Origin: Myxococcota bacterium
Lineage (GTDB): Bacteria; Myxococcota_A; UBA796; CAJQPC01
Length of the DNA: 64,000 bases
Direction of reading: 5' to 3'
NCBI GenBank assembly: GCA_036229005.1
Contig: JAZAMN010000052.1
Location: forward strand, 288,001 to 352,000
Below the pieces are notes generated by a model. It worked only from the letters and a program-made list of their open reading frames with translations, searched no databases and was not told the origin of the DNA. The first letter of the stretch is position 1. The number at the start of each line of letters is the position of its first letter. Below are positions 31,159 to 43,401 of the stretch, in pieces. A program made the translations under genes and the position numbers.

Positions 31159-31884
31159 ATGCCGACCAAGGGTGAGAAGCTCCACGAGGGCAAGAGCAAG
31201 CAGGTCTACGCAGTCCAGGGCGACGACCGCCACGTCATCCTGACCTACAAGGACGACGCCACTGCCTTCAACGGAGTCAAGAAGGACTCGGTCGAAGACA
31301 AGGGCGCCATCAACGCCGCCATCAACTGGCACCTGATGAACCACGTCTCCAAGGTCACCGGGGTCCCCAACCACCTGATCTCCGAGGTCGACGGCACCAA
31401 CCACCTCTGCCACAAGGTCGAGATCGTCCCGGTCGAGGTCGTCGTCCGCAACATCGTCGCCGGCTCCTGCGCCCGCCGCTTCGGCCGCGAGGAGGGCGAG
31501 GTCCTGCCCTTCCCCATGGTCGAGTTCTTCTACAAGTCCGACGAGCTCAACGACCCGCCCATCTCCGCTGTCCACGCCCGCGCTTTCGGCTGGGCCCACG
31601 ACTGGGAGCTGGCCTACTTCGAGCACGCCGCCCTGCGCGTCAACGCCGCCATGCAGGCCTTCTGGGACGCCCTGGGCGTCGACCTGGTCGACTTCAAGAT
31701 CGAGTTCGGCCGCACCCCCGAAGGCCACCTGCTGCTCGCCGACGAGATCTCCCCGGATGGCTGCCGCCTCTGGGAGCAGGGCACCGGCCGCAAGCTCGAC
31801 AAGGACGTCTTCCGCCGCGACCTGGGTGACCTCTCGGACACCTACCGCGAGCTCTACAAGCGCATCTTCGGCCGCAGCCTCTAA
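31159..31884 (+). CDS. purC: SAICAR synthetase
   Basis: EGKSKQVY, KDDATAFNG, EVVVRN, DFKIEFG, DEISPD. Confidence 0.97.
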   Translation: MPTKGEKLHEGKSKQVYAVQGDDRHVILTYKDDATAFNGVKKDSVEDKGAINAAINWHLMNHVSKVTGVPNHLISEVDGTNHLCHKVEIVPVEVVVRNIVAGSCARRFGREEGEVLPFPMVEFFYKSDELNDPPISAVHARAFGWAHDWELAYFEHAALRVNAAMQAFWDALGVDLVDFKIEFGRTPEGHLLLADEISPDGCRLWEQGTGRKLDKDVFRRDLGDLSDTYRELYKRIFGRSL

Positions 31885-31893
31885 GGAGCCGCC

Positions 31894-32142
31894 ATGATCA
31901 CCGCCCGCGTCTTCGTGTCCCTCAAGCCCGGCGTCCTCGACCCCGCAGGGAAGGCTGTCAACCACGGCCTGCACTCCCTCGGTTTCGACGAGGTGAGCTC
32001 GGTCCGTCTCGGCAAGGTCATCGAGCTCTCCCTGGAGGAGCGCCCCGACGCCGCCGAGCGCCTCGAGGCCATGTGCCAGAAGCTGCTCGCCAACACCGTC
32101 ATCGAGTCCTACCGCATCGAGTGGCCCGAGAAGGAGGGCTGA
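31894..32142 (+). CDS. purS: FGAM synthase subunit PurS
   Basis: LKPGVLDPAG, VRLGK, LLANTVIE. Confidence 0.96.
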   Translation: MITARVFVSLKPGVLDPAGKAVNHGLHSLGFDEVSSVRLGKVIELSLEERPDAAERLEAMCQKLLANTVIESYRIEWPEKEG

Positions 32143-32143
32143 C

Positions 32144-32847
32144 ATGGCCTTCGACGTCGCCGTGGTGACCTTCCCCGGCTCAAACTGTGACGCGGACCTG
32201 CGCTGGGCGGTGGACAACACCGCCGGCCTCTCCGCCCGCGCCGTCTGGCACAAGTCCCCGGACCTGGACAACGGCGGCAAGCGCCCCGACGCCGTCCTGC
32301 TCCCCGGCGGCTTCTCCTACGGTGACTACCTGCGCTGCGGCGCCATCGCGCGCTTCTCGCCCGTGATGAAGGCGGTCGTCGAGTTCGCCAACGCCGGCGG
32401 CCCTGTGCTGGGCATCTGCAACGGCTTCCAGGTCCTGACCGAGGCTGGCCTGCTCCCCGGAGCGCTGCTCTCGAACCGCGACCAGAAGTTCATCTGCGAG
32501 ATGGTGACCCTGGGGAAGGAGGGGAGGGATACGCCCTTCACCGCTGGGATCCCCACCACCTTGCGCATCCCGATCGCCCACCACGACGGCAACTACTTCG
32601 CAGACGAGGACACCCTGGCCCGCATCGAGGGCGAAGGTCAGGTCCTCTTCCGCTACCTGAGCGAGAGCGGGGAGCGGGTCGCTGGCGCGGCCCCCAACGG
32701 CGCCCTCCATGACATCGCCGGCATCTGCAACGCCGCCGGCAACGTCGTCGGCATGATGCCGCACCCTGAGCGTGCCTCCGACGCTGCCCTGGGCAGCAGC
32801 GACGGCGCGTCCCTCTTTGGCGCACTGCAGAGCTTCCTGGAGAACCA

Positions 32848-32851
<4 letters not shown>
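32144..32851 (+). CDS. purQ: FGAM synthase glutaminase subunit PurQ
   Basis: [32 protein letters not shown]. Confidence 0.97.
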
Positions 32852-35060
<2,209 letters not shown>

Positions 35061-35064
<4 letters not shown>

Positions 35065-36512
35065 GCCGGCTGCACCCGGGTGGCCTGGACCCCAAGCTCC
35101 GCGAGGAGTGCGGAGTCGTGGGGATCTACGGCCATGAGGAGGCTGCCAATCTGGCCTACCTGGGGCTGCACGCGCTGCAGCACCGCGGCCAGGAGGGCGC
35201 TGGCATCGTGGCCTGTGACGGGGAGCGCATGCGCGCCTTCCGGGGCCTGGGGCTGGTCGGTGAGCTCTTCGGCCCCGAGGAGCTCGACAAGCTCTCCGGG
35301 CACTCCGCCATCGGGCACGTGCGCTACTCCACCTCGGGCGAGAGCAACCTGCGCAACGTCCAGCCCTTCGTGGTGCGCTACGGCGGCGGCCAGGTCTCCA
35401 TCGCGCACAACGGCAACCTGACCAACGCCGCCCGCCTGCGGGAGGAGCTGGAGGGCCGCGGGAGCATCTTCGCGAGCTCCTCCGACACCGAGGTCATCCT
35501 CCATCTGCTCGCGACCTCGGGGCAGGGGACCTTCATCAACCGCCTCGTGGATGCCCTGCTGCAGGTCGAGGGTGCCTACTCCCTGGTGCTCCAGACCGAG
35601 GACATGCTGGTCGCCGTCCGGGATCCCCACGGCTTCCGGCCTCTGGTCATGGGCAGGGTGGGGGACGCGGTCGTGTTCGCGTCCGAGACCACCGCGCTTG
35701 ACCTCATCGGCGGCACCTATGAGCGGGAGGTCGAGCCCGGCGAGATGTGCATCGTTGAGGCTGGGGGCCGAGTGACCACCCTCTCGCCCTTCCCTCGGCG
35801 GGAGCGCAAGGCCTGCGTGTTCGAGCACATCTACTTCGCGCGGCCCAACTCCAAGGTCTTTGGCCTGCCGGTGTACGACTCCCGCTTCTCCTTTGGCCGG
35901 GCGCTGGCCCGCGCCCACAAGGTCGAGGCGGACCTGGTCATCCCCGTCCCGGACTCCGGCACGCCCGCCGCGCTGGGCTTCGCGTTCGAGTCCGGGCTGC
36001 CCTTCAAGCAGGGGTTGATCCGCTCGCACTACGTCGGGCGCACCTTCATCGAGCCCAGCCAACAGATCCGTGACTTTGGGGTGAAGCTCAAGCTCTCCCC
36101 GGTCCGCTCGGTCATCGAGGGCAAGCGCCTGGTCGTCGTGGACGACTCCATCGTGCGCGGGACCACGTCCAAGAAGATCGTCCGGGTGCTCCGGGAGAGC
36201 GGCGCCGCCGAGGTTCACCTTCGCATCTCGTCTCCCCCCATCAAGGCGAGCTGCTTCTACGGGGTGGACACCCCCACGCGGGAGGAGCTGATCGCCTACC
36301 GGCTGGATCTTGAGGAGACCTGCGCCTACATCGGCGCCGACTCCTTGGGCTACTTGAGCCTGGAGGACATGCACGCCGAGCTCGGGAGGGCCCCCGACAC
36401 GTGGTGTGATGCTTGCTTCTCCGGGGACTATCCGGTGAGCCCGGATGCGCTGGGCTCCAAGGGCCAGTTGGACCTCTTCGAAGCAGACGGAGAGCGGATT
36501 TCCCAGGACTGA
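35061..36512 (+). CDS. purF: Amidophosphoribosyltransferase
   Basis: Propeptide then [42 protein letters not shown]. Confidence 0.98.
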
Positions 36513-36555
36513 GGGCGCACCTGATACACTTGTGCGTCTTCTTTGCAGGTGCGCA

Positions 36556-39339
36556 TTGTCCCGTACGATTGGAATCGACCTTGGAACGACGAACACGGCT
36601 GTCGCTGTGTTCGAGCGCGGTCGCCCCAGGGTCATCGAGGATGGCAAGGGCTACAAGGTCTTGCCATCCGTGGTCTACCAGAAGGACGATGGCTCCTTCG
36701 TCGTCGGTCAGGCGGCCAAGTCGCACATCCTGACCTCGCCAGACCGCACGGTCTACGCCGTGAAGCGGCTCATCGGTCGGCGCTTCGAGTCGGGCCAGGC
36801 GCAAGCCGCCCGCCAGCGCATGCCCTATGGCATCGAGGCCTCTCCTGATGGTGGGTGCCTGGTCAAGCTGGGAGACCAGCTCCTCTCCCCGGTGGAGGTC
36901 AGCGCGATCATCCTCCAGGTCGCCCGGAAGATCGCTGAGGAGACCACCGGTGAAGAGGTGACCGACGCGGTCATCACCGTCCCGGCCTACTTCAACCACA
37001 GCCAGCGTCAGGCCACCATGGAGGCCGCGGAGCTGGCGGGTCTGCGCTGCGAGCGCCTGCTCAACGAGCCCACGGCTGCGGCGCTCGCCTATGGCTTCCG
37101 GCAGGACGTCGACAAGAACGTCCTGATCTTCGATCTGGGCGGCGGCACCTTCGACGTCTCCATCCTCCACCTCGCGGACGGGGTCTACGAGGTCCTGGCG
37201 ACCGGCGGCGACACCTTCCTGGGGGGCGAGGACTTCGACGACCGCATCGTGGAGTACCTGGCCGACCGCTTCATGGCGGAGCACCGAATCGACCTCCGGG
37301 GAGACCGCGTGGCCCGTCAGCGCCTCAAGGACGCTGCAGAGCGGGCCAAGTGTGAGCTCTCCTTCACCAGCGAGACCCGGCTGCTCATTCCCAGGATCAC
37401 GCCCCAGCTCAACCTGGAGGACAGCCTCAGCCGCAGCGACCTGGAGGGCCTCACGGAAGACCTGGTCCAGCGCACGCTCGAGGTCGCTCGGTCCGTGCTC
37501 GGGGACTCCGGGCTGGGCCTGTCCGAGATCGATGACATCGTGCTCGTGGGCGGGCAGACCCGCATGCCTCGCATCCGTGAGGCCATCTCCGCCTTCTTCC
37601 GCAAGGAGCCCTCCAAGACGGTGCACCCCGAAGAGGTCGTCGCGCTGGGGGCCTCGGTGCATGCGGAGAGCCTGGACGCGCCCTCCCAGATGCGCACGCT
37701 GCTGATCGACGTCACGCCCTTCGATCTGGGGATCGACGCGGCCGGTGGCTACTTCTCGACCATCATCAACCGGAACACCCGCATCCCCTTCACCGCTTCT
37801 CGGGCCTTCACGACCGCGAACGAGAACCAGAAGAACGCCCGGATCACCGTCCGCCAAGGGGCCAGCAACCGGGCGACCGAGAACGAGCGCCTCGGCGAGT
37901 TCCTGCTGGAGGAGCTCGGCAGCGGCGCCCGCATGGAGCGCAAGGTCGATGTCACCTTCAGGATCGACGCCAACGGGATCCTGCACACCAGCGCGGTGGA
38001 CCGGGCCAGCGGCAAGCGCAAGTCGCTGAGCATCGAGAACTACAGCCAGGCCGCCAAGTCCCCGACCTTCCCGCCCCCCGAGGAGGAGCAGGAGGGGGAC
38101 AAGGAGATCAAGGCCGAGACCGCAGCGACCGGCAAGAAGACCGGCTTGCTGGAGGGCCTGTTCGCCAGCTTTGGGCGCAAGGCCCAGGACGCCAAGCGCA
38201 TGGAGCTTCAGGTCCCCGAGGACGCGCCCATGCCCGAGCGCAGCGCGCCGCTCCCGGAGACCAGCGCCGAGGACAAGGCCCCCATCTCCACCGAGCTCGC
38301 CTACGACGAGCCCACGGACGACCCCATCTCCCTGACCGTGGACGACATGGAGATGCTCCCCGAGCAGGCCATGGAGGAGGTCGAGGACGTCGAGGCGATG
38401 CTGGAGATGCTGCCCGAGGACAGTGAGCTCGGCGGCTTCCAGATGCCCGTGATCCAGCTCGGTGAGGCGCCCCCCTTCCTGGACGATGACGAGGACGTCG
38501 AGGACCCCGTGACCGAGCGTCCCCGCATCGACCTGCCTGGCGGGCTGGACACCGATCTCGCAGCCCTGGAGGGCCTGGACCCCTTCGAAGAGGCCGACAG
38601 CTACCCGGCCTCGGAGCCGCTGCCCGAGATCCCGGATCTGCCCTTGCCCGAGATCACCTCGCCGCCGCCCAACAGCGCTGGGGAGTTGGACCTGGAGGAC
38701 ATCTTCGCGGGGTTGGACGACGATCTGCTGGACGACGAGATCCTCGATGAGCCTCCCGCAGAGGGCAGCCTGCGTCCCAAGTTGAGCCCCGCCGCGGATG
38801 ATCTGGAGCTGTCGGGCTCCCGAACCACCGAGCTCGGCGACCTCAGCCTGGACGAGGGACTGGACCTGGACGGAGAGGACGAGCCGCTGCGGCCCGCCAT
38901 CCTGGAGGAGGACCTCTTCGCGGCTGGCGACCTCTTCGGCGCTTTCGCGGGGGACGCCATGGAGGAACAGGCCCCTGAGCCTGCCCCAGTCAGGGAGCCC
39001 GAGCCTGCGCCGCCGGAGCCCAGCAAGGCCCGGAAGCCCGCCCGCCTCAAGATGAACTACCGCAGCGACCGGGCCTTCGTCCGGGAGTACCAGCGGAACA
39101 TGGAGCAGGGCTCCACCTTCATCAAGACCCCCAAGCCCCTCAAGGAGGGCCGCGTCTGCCTCTTCGAGGTGCGCGCCCCCAGCCTGTCTGAGCCGCTCCT
39201 GTTGGATGGCCAGGTGGTCTGGAGCTCCCGCAAGCGTGAGCTTCGAGCCGGCGAAGAGCAGGGCATGACGGTCGAATACCGAATGGACGGGGCCCAGCGA
39301 CGGGCGCTGCAGCAGGCTCTGGACTCAGCAGCCCGTTAG
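36556..39339 (+). CDS. Hsp70/DnaK-family protein with long acidic linker and C-terminal PilZ-like domain
   Basis: [44 protein letters not shown] start; C-terminal myxobacterial PilZ-like segment. Confidence 0.88.
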   Translation: MSRTIGIDLGTTNTAVAVFERGRPRVIEDGKGYKVLPSVVYQKDDGSFVVGQAAKSHILTSPDRTVYAVKRLIGRRFESGQAQAARQRMPYGIEASPDGGCLVKLGDQLLSPVEVSAIILQVARKIAEETTGEEVTDAVITVPAYFNHSQRQATMEAAELAGLRCERLLNEPTAAALAYGFRQDVDKNVLIFDLGGGTFDVSILHLADGVYEVLATGGDTFLGGEDFDDRIVEYLADRFMAEHRIDLRGDRVARQRLKDAAERAKCELSFTSETRLLIPRITPQLNLEDSLSRSDLEGLTEDLVQRTLEVARSVLGDSGLGLSEIDDIVLVGGQTRMPRIREAISAFFRKEPSKTVHPEEVVALGASVHAESLDAPSQMRTLLIDVTPFDLGIDAAGGYFSTIINRNTRIPFTASRAFTTANENQKNARITVRQGASNRATENERLGEFLLEELGSGARMERKVDVTFRIDANGILHTSAVDRASGKRKSLSIENYSQAAKSPTFPPPEEEQEGDKEIKAETAATGKKTGLLEGLFASFGRKAQDAKRMELQVPEDAPMPERSAPLPETSAEDKAPISTELAYDEPTDDPISLTVDDMEMLPEQAMEEVEDVEAMLEMLPEDSELGGFQMPVIQLGEAPPFLDDDEDVEDPVTERPRIDLPGGLDTDLAALEGLDPFEEADSYPASEPLPEIPDLPLPEITSPPPNSAGELDLEDIFAGLDDDLLDDEILDEPPAEGSLRPKLSPAADDLELSGSRTTELGDLSLDEGLDLDGEDEPLRPAILEEDLFAAGDLFGAFAGDAMEEQAPEPAPVREPEPAPPEPSKARKPARLKMNYRSDRAFVREYQRNMEQGSTFIKTPKPLKEGRVCLFEVRAPSLSEPLLLDGQVVWSSRKRELRAGEEQGMTVEYRMDGAQRRALQQALDSAAR

Positions 39340-39361
39340 CGCTGGGGGCGTTCCCGCTCGC

Positions 39362-40195
39362 TCAGGGCTGGATCCGGGCGTCGTGGATGCTCGTCAGGCC
39401 GAGCAGCAGCATCACCAGGCGGTCCACGCCCAGCGCGATGCCGCCGGCCCGAGGGTGGCGCCCAACGGCCTCGTTCAGCCGAGGGTCGATGGGGTGCGGG
39501 CTGCGGCCCTCGGCCTCCCGGGCGTTGCCGCTCTCAAGCTGGCGCGCGCTGAGCTCGGTGGGGTCTAGCAGTTCGGTGAAGGCGTTGGCCAACTCTACGC
39601 CCTGCCAGTAGAGCTCAAAGCGCTCCGCGACATCGCCTCGCAGTGCGGAGAAGGCCGCGTCGCTGGCCGGGTAGTCCATGACCAGGGTGGGGGACTCCAG
39701 GCGCGTCTCCACGTCATTGACCCAGATGCGCAGGCGCTCCATGGGGTCTTCGGGCACTGGCTCGCGGGCGTGCCGCGCCAGGGCCTCAGCGAAGCTCAGG
39801 CGCTCGACCGGGGGCAGCGAGACTCCCACAGCGGCCGCGCAGGCCTGGACCAGGGAGACCGTGTCCTCGGCGATGCCGCGATACCCGCAGCCGATGCGGT
39901 ACCACTCCAGCATGGTGAACTCCATGCTGTGGTGCGGTCCGTGCTCCTCGCCTCGGAAGCAGGGACCCATCCAGTAGATCCGCCCGAGGCCGCTCGCCAG
40001 CGCGCGCTTGAGCGCGAACTCCGGCGAGGTGTGGAGCTGGAGATCCCCCAAAGCGAGGGGCTCCAGCGTGGCCTCCAGGGCGCCGCTTCGGACCGCGACC
40101 GGGACCTGCACTTCCAGGAAGCCCCGGTCGTGCATCCAGTCCCGGATGGCCCGCAGGATGGCGGCGCGTCCCCGGAGGACGGCCGCGTCTGGCAC
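39362..40195 (-). CDS. epmA: EF-P lysyl ligase EpmA (PoxA/GenX)
   Basis: HTSPEFALKR, CFRGEE, EFTMLEWY, ERFELY, ELANAF, GIALGVDRL; immediately downstream of efp. Confidence 0.92.
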   Translation of the reverse strand: MPDAAVLRGRAAILRAIRDWMHDRGFLEVQVPVAVRSGALEATLEPLALGDLQLHTSPEFALKRALASGLGRIYWMGPCFRGEEHGPHHSMEFTMLEWYRIGCGYRGIAEDTVSLVQACAAAVGVSLPPVERLSFAEALARHAREPVPEDPMERLRIWVNDVETRLESPTLVMDYPASDAAFSALRGDVAERFELYWQGVELANAFTELLDPTELSARQLESGNAREAEGRSPHPIDPRLNEAVGRHPRAGGIALGVDRLVMLLLGLTSIHDARIQP

Positions 40196-40206
40196 ACCGA
40201 GTCGGA

Positions 40207-40776
40207 CTAGTTGGCCCGGCTGACGTAGCGACCACCCTCGCGGGTGTCGACCTTGAGGGTCTCGCCCTGCTCGATGAACAGGGGGACCTGGACCACAGCG
40301 CCGTTGCAGATGGTCGCGGGCTTGGTCGCGCCGGTGGCGGTGTTGCCCTTGACGCCGGGCTCGGTGTGGGTCACCTCGGCCTCGACAAAGTTGGGGAGGG
40401 TCAGACCCACGGGGCGCGCGTTGTACATCATCACGGCGACCTCCATGCCGTCGAGCAGCCACTTGGACTCGTAGTCGATGACGTCCTCGGGGATGCCGAC
40501 CTGGTCGTAGGTCTCCATGTTCATGAAGTTGTACATGTCGCCTTCCTGGTACATGTACTGCATGGTCACCTCTTCGCAGTCGGCGACGTCCACCTTCTCG
40601 CCGGAGCGGAAGGTCCGCTCGATGACCGCGCCCGTGATCAGGTTCTTGAGCTTGGTGCGGGTGAACGCGGTGCCCTTGCCCGGCTTCACGAACTGGAAGT
40701 AGACCATCTGATAGGGCTGACCATCGATCAGGATCTTGATGCCGTTCTTGAACTCAGAGGTCGAGTAGGTGGCCAT
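40207..40776 (-). CDS. efp: Elongation factor P
   Basis: VKPGKGTAF (Lys-type loop), TFRSGE, PGVKGNTA, VPLFI. Confidence 0.97.
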   Translation of the reverse strand: MATYSTSEFKNGIKILIDGQPYQMVYFQFVKPGKGTAFTRTKLKNLITGAVIERTFRSGEKVDVADCEEVTMQYMYQEGDMYNFMNMETYDQVGIPEDVIDYESKWLLDGMEVAVMMYNARPVGLTLPNFVEAEVTHTEPGVKGNTATGATKPATICNGAVVQVPLFIEQGETLKVDTREGGRYVSRAN

Positions 40777-40898
40777 GTGCGGAGCGCTCCAGGCTGGTGG
40801 TTTCATTCGGCCTTGGGCCTGTTCCCGGGCGGGGTAACCCATTGGCCCCGGAGATCCCAACGCGCCGCCCACAGTAGAATCCCGCCAAAGGAGCGAGC

Positions 40899-42659
40899 AT
40901 GGCCCAACGGCATGTCACCCTGGATCTGAGCGGCATCGGCGCCTTCCAGTCCACCTGGAAGAGCAGCCTGCAGGCCGGCGCCATTCTGGTCCCCGCGAGC
41001 GCCATCGACGGCGAGCTCGCCCCCGAGTTCAAGGCCGACATCCGGCTCCCCTTTGGCGGCCAGATCGGTCCGCTGCGTTGCCAGACCATCCAGCGGCTCC
41101 CCGACGGCTCCGTGGCCGGGCAGATCCCTGAGCTGAGCGCCCGGGATCGCGAGCGCATGCAGGCCATCATCACCGGCATCCAGGAAGTGCGCGCGTGGCT
41201 GCTGGAGAGCGGCGAGCTGGTGGAGCCGGGAGCAGCGCCCCAGGCCCCCCTCGAACCTGTGCCGGAAGAGGAGGAGGAGGACGAGGATGAGCCCTCCGAG
41301 CACCTGTCCCCACCGCCTGAGGACCCGGAGGACAGCAGCCTGTCCTCGCTTGGGCCCGAAGACGAGGACACCGGTGAGTACATCGAGGACGACGAGGAGG
41401 TGGAGTCAGCAGCCCAGGACACCCCGGCCCCCCACCCACCCCACCACCGCTCCCGTCCGGATGGCTTCGCGCTGCCCCATGGGTGGGCCGCCGGCAAGCC
41501 CACCATGCAGGGGACGCTCTCCGGGAAGGAGCTGCGGGACGGCTTGCTCGACCTGGCGATGACCGGGGCGACGGGCGTGCTCCATGTGCAGACCGAGGGC
41601 GTGGAGCGCCACGGCTTGCTGATCGGAGGCCGGGTGATGGGCTGGAGGCGCAGCCCGCTTGCCCCTGGGGAGACGCTGGGGGGGCTGCTCATCAAGAGTG
41701 GACGCCTGCAGCCTGCGGCGCTGGAGGCGGCGCTAGAGACCGTTCGGGCCCAAGGCAAGCGGCTCGGGAGGGTGCTGATCGATGCCGGCGCCCTGCCCGA
41801 AGCCCAGCTACCTCTGCTGCTGCAGAAGCAGGCGGAGTTCGTCTTGCAGTTGGTGCTTCGGGGCCGAGCGGGGGATTGGCGATTCATCCCGGCGCCGCTG
41901 GACGAGGTCTTTCCGCACCCCGGCGTCAACGTCCTGGACATGCTCTACCGAGCGCTCAACACCCACGCGGGCACCCTCCCGCCTGAGCGCATCCTCGGCG
42001 CAGTCCGCGGCCAGCTCAACCTGCGCTCGGCCATCAACCCCGCCGCCCAGGACCTGGTCGACTCGGTGCAGTGGGGGGCCCTCGAGCGGGGCTTGCTGGA
42101 CGCCATCGCGCAGGACCGGCCGCTGATGCGGAACCTGTTCCGGTCGGTGGACGCCTCCCGCGAGCAGGTCGCCGCCAGCCTCTGGGCCTTGGGCGAGCTC
42201 GGCATCCTCAGCTTTGGTCAGGAGAAGCGCAGCGCCACCGAGCAGGCCCGCTTCCTCAGGCAGCTCGAAGGACCCATCCGCGAGCGCCTGGCCCGTCTGG
42301 ACGCCGCCAACCCCTTTGACTGTCTGGACGTGTCCTGGATCTGCAGCCAAGAGGACGTAGAGGCCTCCCTCCAGCGCTGGCAGGCCCGCTTCGATCCGCA
42401 GCGCTTCACCCAGCTTCCTCCGTCACTTCGGGAGGGGCTGGAGAAGATCCAGGTGGCCCACGACCAGGCCTTCCACCGCATCAACACCCAGGCCAAGCGC
42501 AACGCCGTGAGGCTGGAGCTCTTCGACGAGGACACCCTCAGGGAGGCCGCTGAGCTGCTGGTCAGCAAGGCCCAGGACCTGGAGAGTGCGTCGGAGCGGC
42601 GAGCGGCCTATGCCAAAGCCCTGGATCTGGTGCCGGACCTCCCTGGCGCCCAACCCTGA
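40899..42659 (+). CDS. Multidomain protein: PilZ-like N-terminus, acidic linker, DUF4388-like region with MshEN-like repeat, degenerate J-like domain
   Basis: AAGGAG RBS; RLGRVLIDAGALPEAQLPLLLQKQ; NPFDCLDV...RFDPQRF. Confidence 0.6.
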   Translation: MAQRHVTLDLSGIGAFQSTWKSSLQAGAILVPASAIDGELAPEFKADIRLPFGGQIGPLRCQTIQRLPDGSVAGQIPELSARDRERMQAIITGIQEVRAWLLESGELVEPGAAPQAPLEPVPEEEEEDEDEPSEHLSPPPEDPEDSSLSSLGPEDEDTGEYIEDDEEVESAAQDTPAPHPPHHRSRPDGFALPHGWAAGKPTMQGTLSGKELRDGLLDLAMTGATGVLHVQTEGVERHGLLIGGRVMGWRRSPLAPGETLGGLLIKSGRLQPAALEAALETVRAQGKRLGRVLIDAGALPEAQLPLLLQKQAEFVLQLVLRGRAGDWRFIPAPLDEVFPHPGVNVLDMLYRALNTHAGTLPPERILGAVRGQLNLRSAINPAAQDLVDSVQWGALERGLLDAIAQDRPLMRNLFRSVDASREQVAASLWALGELGILSFGQEKRSATEQARFLRQLEGPIRERLARLDAANPFDCLDVSWICSQEDVEASLQRWQARFDPQRFTQLPPSLREGLEKIQVAHDQAFHRINTQAKRNAVRLELFDEDTLREAAELLVSKAQDLESASERRAAYAKALDLVPDLPGAQP

Positions 42660-42668
42660 GGACACGTC

Positions 42669-43334
42669 ATGCAAGCCGTCGAGATCGCCGCCATTTCCGA
42701 GGTCGCTCAGGACCACCTGGAGCTTGAGCTGGTGCACCCGCAGGCCGCGGCCTACACGCGCCCGGGCCAGTTCGTGAAGATCGGCCTGGAGGGGCACGAG
42801 AAGCCCGGCTTCTTCGCCATCGCGTCGGCCCCGGGGGCTGAGCGGATGCGCTTTCTGGTCCAGGTCGCCAGCCCCTTGACCGAGGCGCTCGCTGCCTGCG
42901 TCGTCGGTGACAGTGTCCTGGTCTCCGAGCCCATGGGCCGGGGCTTCGCGATGGAGGCGCTGGCCGGACGCACGCCACTGTTCTTTGCCACCGGCTCCGG
43001 CATCTCCGCAATCCGCGCGGTGATCGAGAGTCAGGAGTGGAGCGGTCAGGGAGCGCGCCTCTACTACGGGGCCCGCACCTGGGAGCGCATGCCGTGGACG
43101 GACACCTTTGAGGCCTGGCGGCGCCGCGGCGTCGAGGTCATCCCGGTGCTCTCCCGCGCCGACGAGAGCTGGGATGGCGCCCGGGGGCACATCCAGGCGG
43201 TCTACGCAGAGGACCCTGTAGAGGGCGCTCAGGCAGCCTTGGTGCTGTGCGGACTCAAGGGGATGACCGATGAGGCTACGCAGCTCTTGGTCGCCCAGGG
43301 CATGGACCCCAAGTTCGCGCTGCTGAACTTCTGA
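42669..43334 (+). CDS. FNR-like FAD/NAD(P)-binding oxidoreductase
   Basis: PGQFV, IASAP, MGRGF, ATGSGISAIR, YYGAR, LCG, terminal aromatic residue. Confidence 0.85.
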   Translation: MQAVEIAAISEVAQDHLELELVHPQAAAYTRPGQFVKIGLEGHEKPGFFAIASAPGAERMRFLVQVASPLTEALAACVVGDSVLVSEPMGRGFAMEALAGRTPLFFATGSGISAIRAVIESQEWSGQGARLYYGARTWERMPWTDTFEAWRRRGVEVIPVLSRADESWDGARGHIQAVYAEDPVEGAQAALVLCGLKGMTDEATQLLVAQGMDPKFALLNF

Positions 43335-43350
43335 GGGCCCCCAGAGCAGA

Positions 43351-43383
43351 AGAGGCCCGCCCCCAGCTTGGGGACGGGCCTCT
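43351..43383. terminator. Probable bidirectional terminator hairpin between convergent genes
   Basis: AGAGGCCCG-C-CCCCA / GCT loop / TGGGG-A-CGGGCCTCT inverted repeat. Confidence 0.7.
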
Positions 43384-43401
43384 GTCATTCACCAAGGCGA
43401 C

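Noticed and set aside
27517..32280. 1587-aa minus-strand ORF
   Set aside because: Shadow of kinase, purC and purS on the plus strand
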